From: Octopus bimaculoides
Lineage: Eukaryota
NCBI RefSeq assembly: GCF_001194135.2
Contig: NC_068987.1
Coordinates: forward strand, 37,592,893 to 37,632,812
DNA: 39,920 nt
Direction of reading: 5' to 3'
Positions 34,280 to 39,920 of the stretch are shown here, in pieces. A program made the position numbers and the translations under genes. How positions within the stretch are numbered: position 1 is the stretch's first letter; every line of letters starts with the position of its first letter. The notes beneath the pieces were generated by a model. It had not been told where the DNA came from, searched no databases, and worked only from the letters and a program-made list of their open reading frames with translations.

Positions 34280-36714
34280 AATCGAGTTACTGCTGGGCGG
34301 TCATAAAAATGTTATTCCCTGTGACATATTTCATCCGGTTTAATCGTAATGTATACGCATATATTGTTTATATAATAAATTACGCTGTGCGTATGTATGT
34401 GTGTNNNNNNNNNNNNNNNNNNNNNNNNNNNNNNNNNNNNNNNNNNNNNNNNNNNNNNNNNNNNNNNNNNNNNNNNNNNNNNNNNNNNNNNNNNNNNNNN
34501 NNNNNNNNNNNNNNNNNNNNNNNNNNNNNNNNNNNNNNNNNNNNNNNNNNNNNNNNNNNNNNNNNNNNNNNNNNNNNNNNNNNNNNNNNNNNNNNNNNNN
34601 NNNNNNNNNNNNNNNNNNNNNNNNNNNNNNNNNNNNNNNNNNNNNNNNNNNNNNNNNNNNNNNNNNNNNNNNNNNNNNNNNNNNNNNNNNNNNNNNNNNN
34701 NNNNNNNNNNNNNNNNNNNNNNNNNNNNNNNNNNNNNNNNNNNNNNNNNNNNNNNNNNNNNNNNNNNNNNNNNNNNNNNNNNNNNNNNNNNNNNNNNNNN
34801 NNNNNNNNNNNNNNNNNNNNNNNNNNNNNNNNNNNNNNNNNNNNNNNNNNNNNNNNNNNNNNNNNNNNNNNNNNNNNNNNNNNNNNNNNNNNNNNNNNNN
34901 NNNNNNNNNNNNNNNNNNNNNNNNNNNNNNNNNNNNNNNNNNNNNNNNNNNNNNNNNNNNNNNNNNNNNNNNNNNNNNNNNNNNNNNNNNNNNNNNNNNN
35001 NNNNNNNNNNNNNNNNNNNNNNNNNNNNNNNNNNNNNNNNNNNNNNNNNNNNNNNNNNNNNNNNNNNNNNNNNNNNNNNNNNNNNNNNNNNNNNNNNNNN
35101 NNNNNACTGCAGCACTCCCTATTTCCACTCGATATTATCGATAACATTCAATATAATGAATCCTTTTCTTTTTAATTCTTTCTTCGTGCTGGTACATTAT
35201 ATAATCTTTAAGCTTAATGTAGGTAGCCATCCCCTAGTTTATGAAAAGAATACGAAAATCCTTGTATAGAACTGTGCACTTCACAGTTCCAGCGACGCGG
35301 TGTTTGGCTGTTGTACACATGCTCACATGTCCGAGATAGGAAGCTTCACACAAGGGAGAGAGCACTGCATGAACGACAGTGCCAGGTGAAAGGTAGTGTT
35401 TCTTTTTGATTCCGCGTGTGTTGTGCTTAAAAATGTGTTTATGTGTTTAAATATAAATGTGTTTATATTCTTGAATGTGATAATGTGTAGAATTAGATTA
35501 TTATCCTGCTTCCAGCTTCAGTGTTGCTGCCAGGATTTGAAAAATAGAGCAAATTTACCCCACTTCTATTGTGATTAAGGGGGAATTTTTGAAAAACAAG
35601 GGGATATTCGCAGCGGTGTTCAGTGAACAAATTAAACACTCTACTCGGCAGTGGCTAAAACGCGAACCGATCAAGTTTATGTATAAAAATACCATAAACA
35701 ATTATAGAAAAATGGAGGAGAAAAGATGTTGAATCAAATACAAACTACGATTCAATACATACGCGTGTTTCAAAGGACAATACAAATATGTAAGAAAAAA
35801 ATTATAATTAAATTTTTGCATTGTCAGTTTCATCAGTTTGAAGAATTTTTGTAAGGATATAAAAAAAAGGTTTAATAAAATAAAGCAAAATAAAATAAGA
35901 TACAATAAGGAAGAATACAGGTGGGGTAATAGGGAGAAAATCGGATATTTGCAAGCAAGTTTTAAAAGGGGAAAAATAACAGTAATAATAATAGTAAGAG
36001 AGACGAAAGGGGAAAAAAGACGGACATATCAATGTGTATGCACGTCTATATGTGCGGTAAACCATAACATAAAAATAAGAATGAAAAGCTTACGGGTATG
36101 CTTTAAAAAATGGTAACAGGTTGAGACAAAGTATAATAAACAGGGTTGCGTGTGTGTAGTAGAATATAACGTAAAAGGTGGAATAGGAGGAAAAAACCAT
36201 AGAGAGTTATGCATATACATATTAATATAGAAAAACGAAAAATATATGTATATATTTGTTATACGAGGCTTAAACGTGATGGGCAAGACTATGTTTGAAA
36301 AAGTTAAAATATTAAAGTAAAAATGTGCATACATGCAGAGAAAAAAACCAAAGAGAACTTAAAAACATCGATCAGACAAGACTTGCCGGTGTAATTCAAG
36401 ATAGATACCTTACTCAAAAACTAACCCGGGGTTTGGGAGACAATCAGAAAAAAGTAGGAACAAAAAACGAATATATGAAGGCGATAAATGCTATAAAATT
36501 ACAAGTGATAGAAAAAAACGTATACACTTAACACATAAGGATATACAGTCATACACATATACATATATAACACAAACATATATACACAAAAAAATGTACA
36601 CTCACTCACACATACACATACAGAGAATACACTCATACACATAACCTTAGAGTGTAATAATAGCTAATAAGAAAAAGGCAAAGAGCTAATCAGTAAGACT
36701 TTTTAAAGTTAATG

Positions 36715-38150
<1,436 letters not shown>

Positions 38151-38231
38151 TTAAATTTGTAATTAATTTGATATTTATAATTAATTTGACATTTATTTGA
38201 TATTTATATTTATAATATCTTATATTAATAC

Positions 38232-39920
38232 GCTTATGCTGGAGTAGGTCGCTATTATGTTGTCAACGAAAGCACCATACGCTGCATAAAGAAGAACGAG
38301 GTGGCGATCAGGACTACCGTGGTGATCAGGACTATCTGTGAAAGTGCCAAAAAGATAACGATAGTGAGAAATAAGCACTTCGTCAGGATGGAATCGGCCT
38401 TGACATTGTGGATCAGTGACTGCAAGAAGAAAAACATCCCCTTGAGCGGTAACATCATCCGCAAGAAAGCGCGGAAATTATACCAGAACTTAGACAGAGG
38501 AGACGGAGCAGAAGGCACCGAAGAACCGCAACCAAGACCATTGACAGCATCGGAGCCCGAAGATTTTCAAACCAGCAAGGGATGGTCTAACTATTTCCAG
38601 AAACGGTTTAAAATAAAGTGTGTTTCCCTGCATGGAGACACAGCTTCAGCGGACAAAAAGGCCGTCGAGAATTACCACGAGATCGTCAGGTAGATCACTG
38701 ATGACAAGGGATACAAGCTGGAACAGATTTTCAGTATGGACGAGACTAGCTTGTTCTGGAAGAAGATGCCTTCCAGAACGTACATCATGAAGGACGAAGC
38801 CAGAGCCCCAGCATTTAACGCACAGAAGGATGCTAATTACGTGTGGCAATGCTGCTGGCTTTATGATGAAACCAGGACTTATCTACAAGTCCAGGAACCC
38901 GAAAGCCTTCAAAAATAAGAATAAAAGCTGCTGCCTGCCCACTGGATCCACAATCCCAAGGCCTGGATTACCAAAAGTCAAACTTTGAATTGGTTCCACC
39001 AATGCTTCATCCCTCAAGCCAAGGAATACCTCCAAAATGTTTGCGTGGAATTGAAGGTGTTGCTTGTTATGGATAAAGCTGGTGGTCACTCCTTGGATTT
39101 CAATCACAAGGGAGTTCAAGTCGAGTTCCACCCTGTCAACACCACTTCCCTCATCCTGCCTATGGATCAAAGCGTGATCCGTGATTTCAAGGCACTTTAC
39201 ACGCGGAACTCTCTCCAAAACCTTGTGGATGCAGTGAATTCGGACAAGAATTTCAAGTTAAAGGAGTACTGGTATAACTTCACGATATCAACGTGCCTGT
39301 CAGTCATCCACGCTACTCTTAAAGACATAAAAAACCACGAGGCTGTCAAGAATGCAGTGAAACTGACAAAGGTACTTGGTAGCGAAGGTTTTGACGACAT
39401 TACACAAGATGAGGTCAACGACTTCATCGATGCCCACTGTGAATCCCTGACAGACGAAGATTTGTTGGAGTTAACGAAGTCGGCCACCGAAGAGGATGAG
39501 GAAGCGCCAGATCCAGCGGAAGAAGAGGATGAGGTGGGCCTGGCAATCGAACGTCTGTCCGACCTTTTAAGGACAGCAAAGGAATTGCAGGGGAATGCGG
39601 AAGTATGGGCTCTCTATATGGCTCGGTCTCTCCAACTTAAAAATGCCATCGATGCTGCCATGCAGACGTATAAAAGTCTCCTCACCACCATTATGAAACA
39701 ACGACAGCAACTTCCCATCACAATGTTCCTTAAGCTCACCAAGAAAGCCTTACACGAAGATACGACATCCTCTAAAACACCTGAAGAGCTTTAAATCTTC
39801 TTTGCTGTGCTGTCATTACCTTCACTGTTTTCACCATCATCGTCTTAAATCAATATCATTCATTGTTGGTGAGTACCGGCACATTTTACTTTAATTTTTA
39901 TTAAATCATTATTAAATATT
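38232..39920 (+). mobile_element. Tigger/pogo DNA transposon, disrupted transposase (CENP-B-type HTH and DDE_1); 5'-truncated
   Basis: MESALTLWISDC.KKNIPL..NIIRKKARKLY; SKGW..YFQKRF.IK.VSLHG..ASAD; MDETSLFWKKMPSRTYI; KAWIT..NWFHQCFIPQ; KVLLVMD.AGGH; NTTSLI.PMDQ.VI..FKALY. Stop at 38691-38693 and a frameshift near 38830-38920. Confidence 0.9.

Noticed and set aside
32343-35269. Long ORFs containing X runs (also across the other N gaps)
   Set aside because: Artefacts of translating assembly gaps and flanking dinucleotide repeats.
38985-39794. Intact or domesticated transposase gene (TIGD-like)
   Set aside because: The upstream part has an in-frame stop and a frameshift, and the 5' end is truncated; consistent with a dead transposon copy.

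Overview
AT-rich, repeat-dense eukaryotic genomic DNA. It is most consistent with an octopus/coleoid cephalopod, judged from the SINE families; this is an inference, since no database search was possible. Eight N gaps are present (8433-8570, 15604-15824, 18447-18687, 20720-21131, 22106-22413, 29447-29775, 32461-33091, 34405-35105), most abutting dinucleotide microsatellites. Much of the window is decayed mobile DNA: R4/Dong-type non-LTR retrotransposon fragments in (TAA)n tracts, four copies of a ~560-bp non-coding element always flanked by (TAA)n-type repeats, three tRNA-derived SINE families, two L1/Tx1-type LINE remnants, Penelope-like elements (one with a hammerhead ribozyme core), CR1- and RTE-like scraps, two TA-flanked MITEs and a broken Tigger/pogo transposase. 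The only credible host coding sequence is one minus-strand exon (30199-30710) encoding a basic, Cys-rich peptide with an anaphylatoxin-like cysteine pattern. Highlights: a co-oriented TAA-targeted retroelement array with a probable non-autonomous partner (1-5350), a three-level TE nest (4900-7850), and the orphan Cys-rich exon bracketed by an inverted repeat pair. Boundaries were read by eye and are approximate to about 10-20 bp unless exact motifs are quoted.
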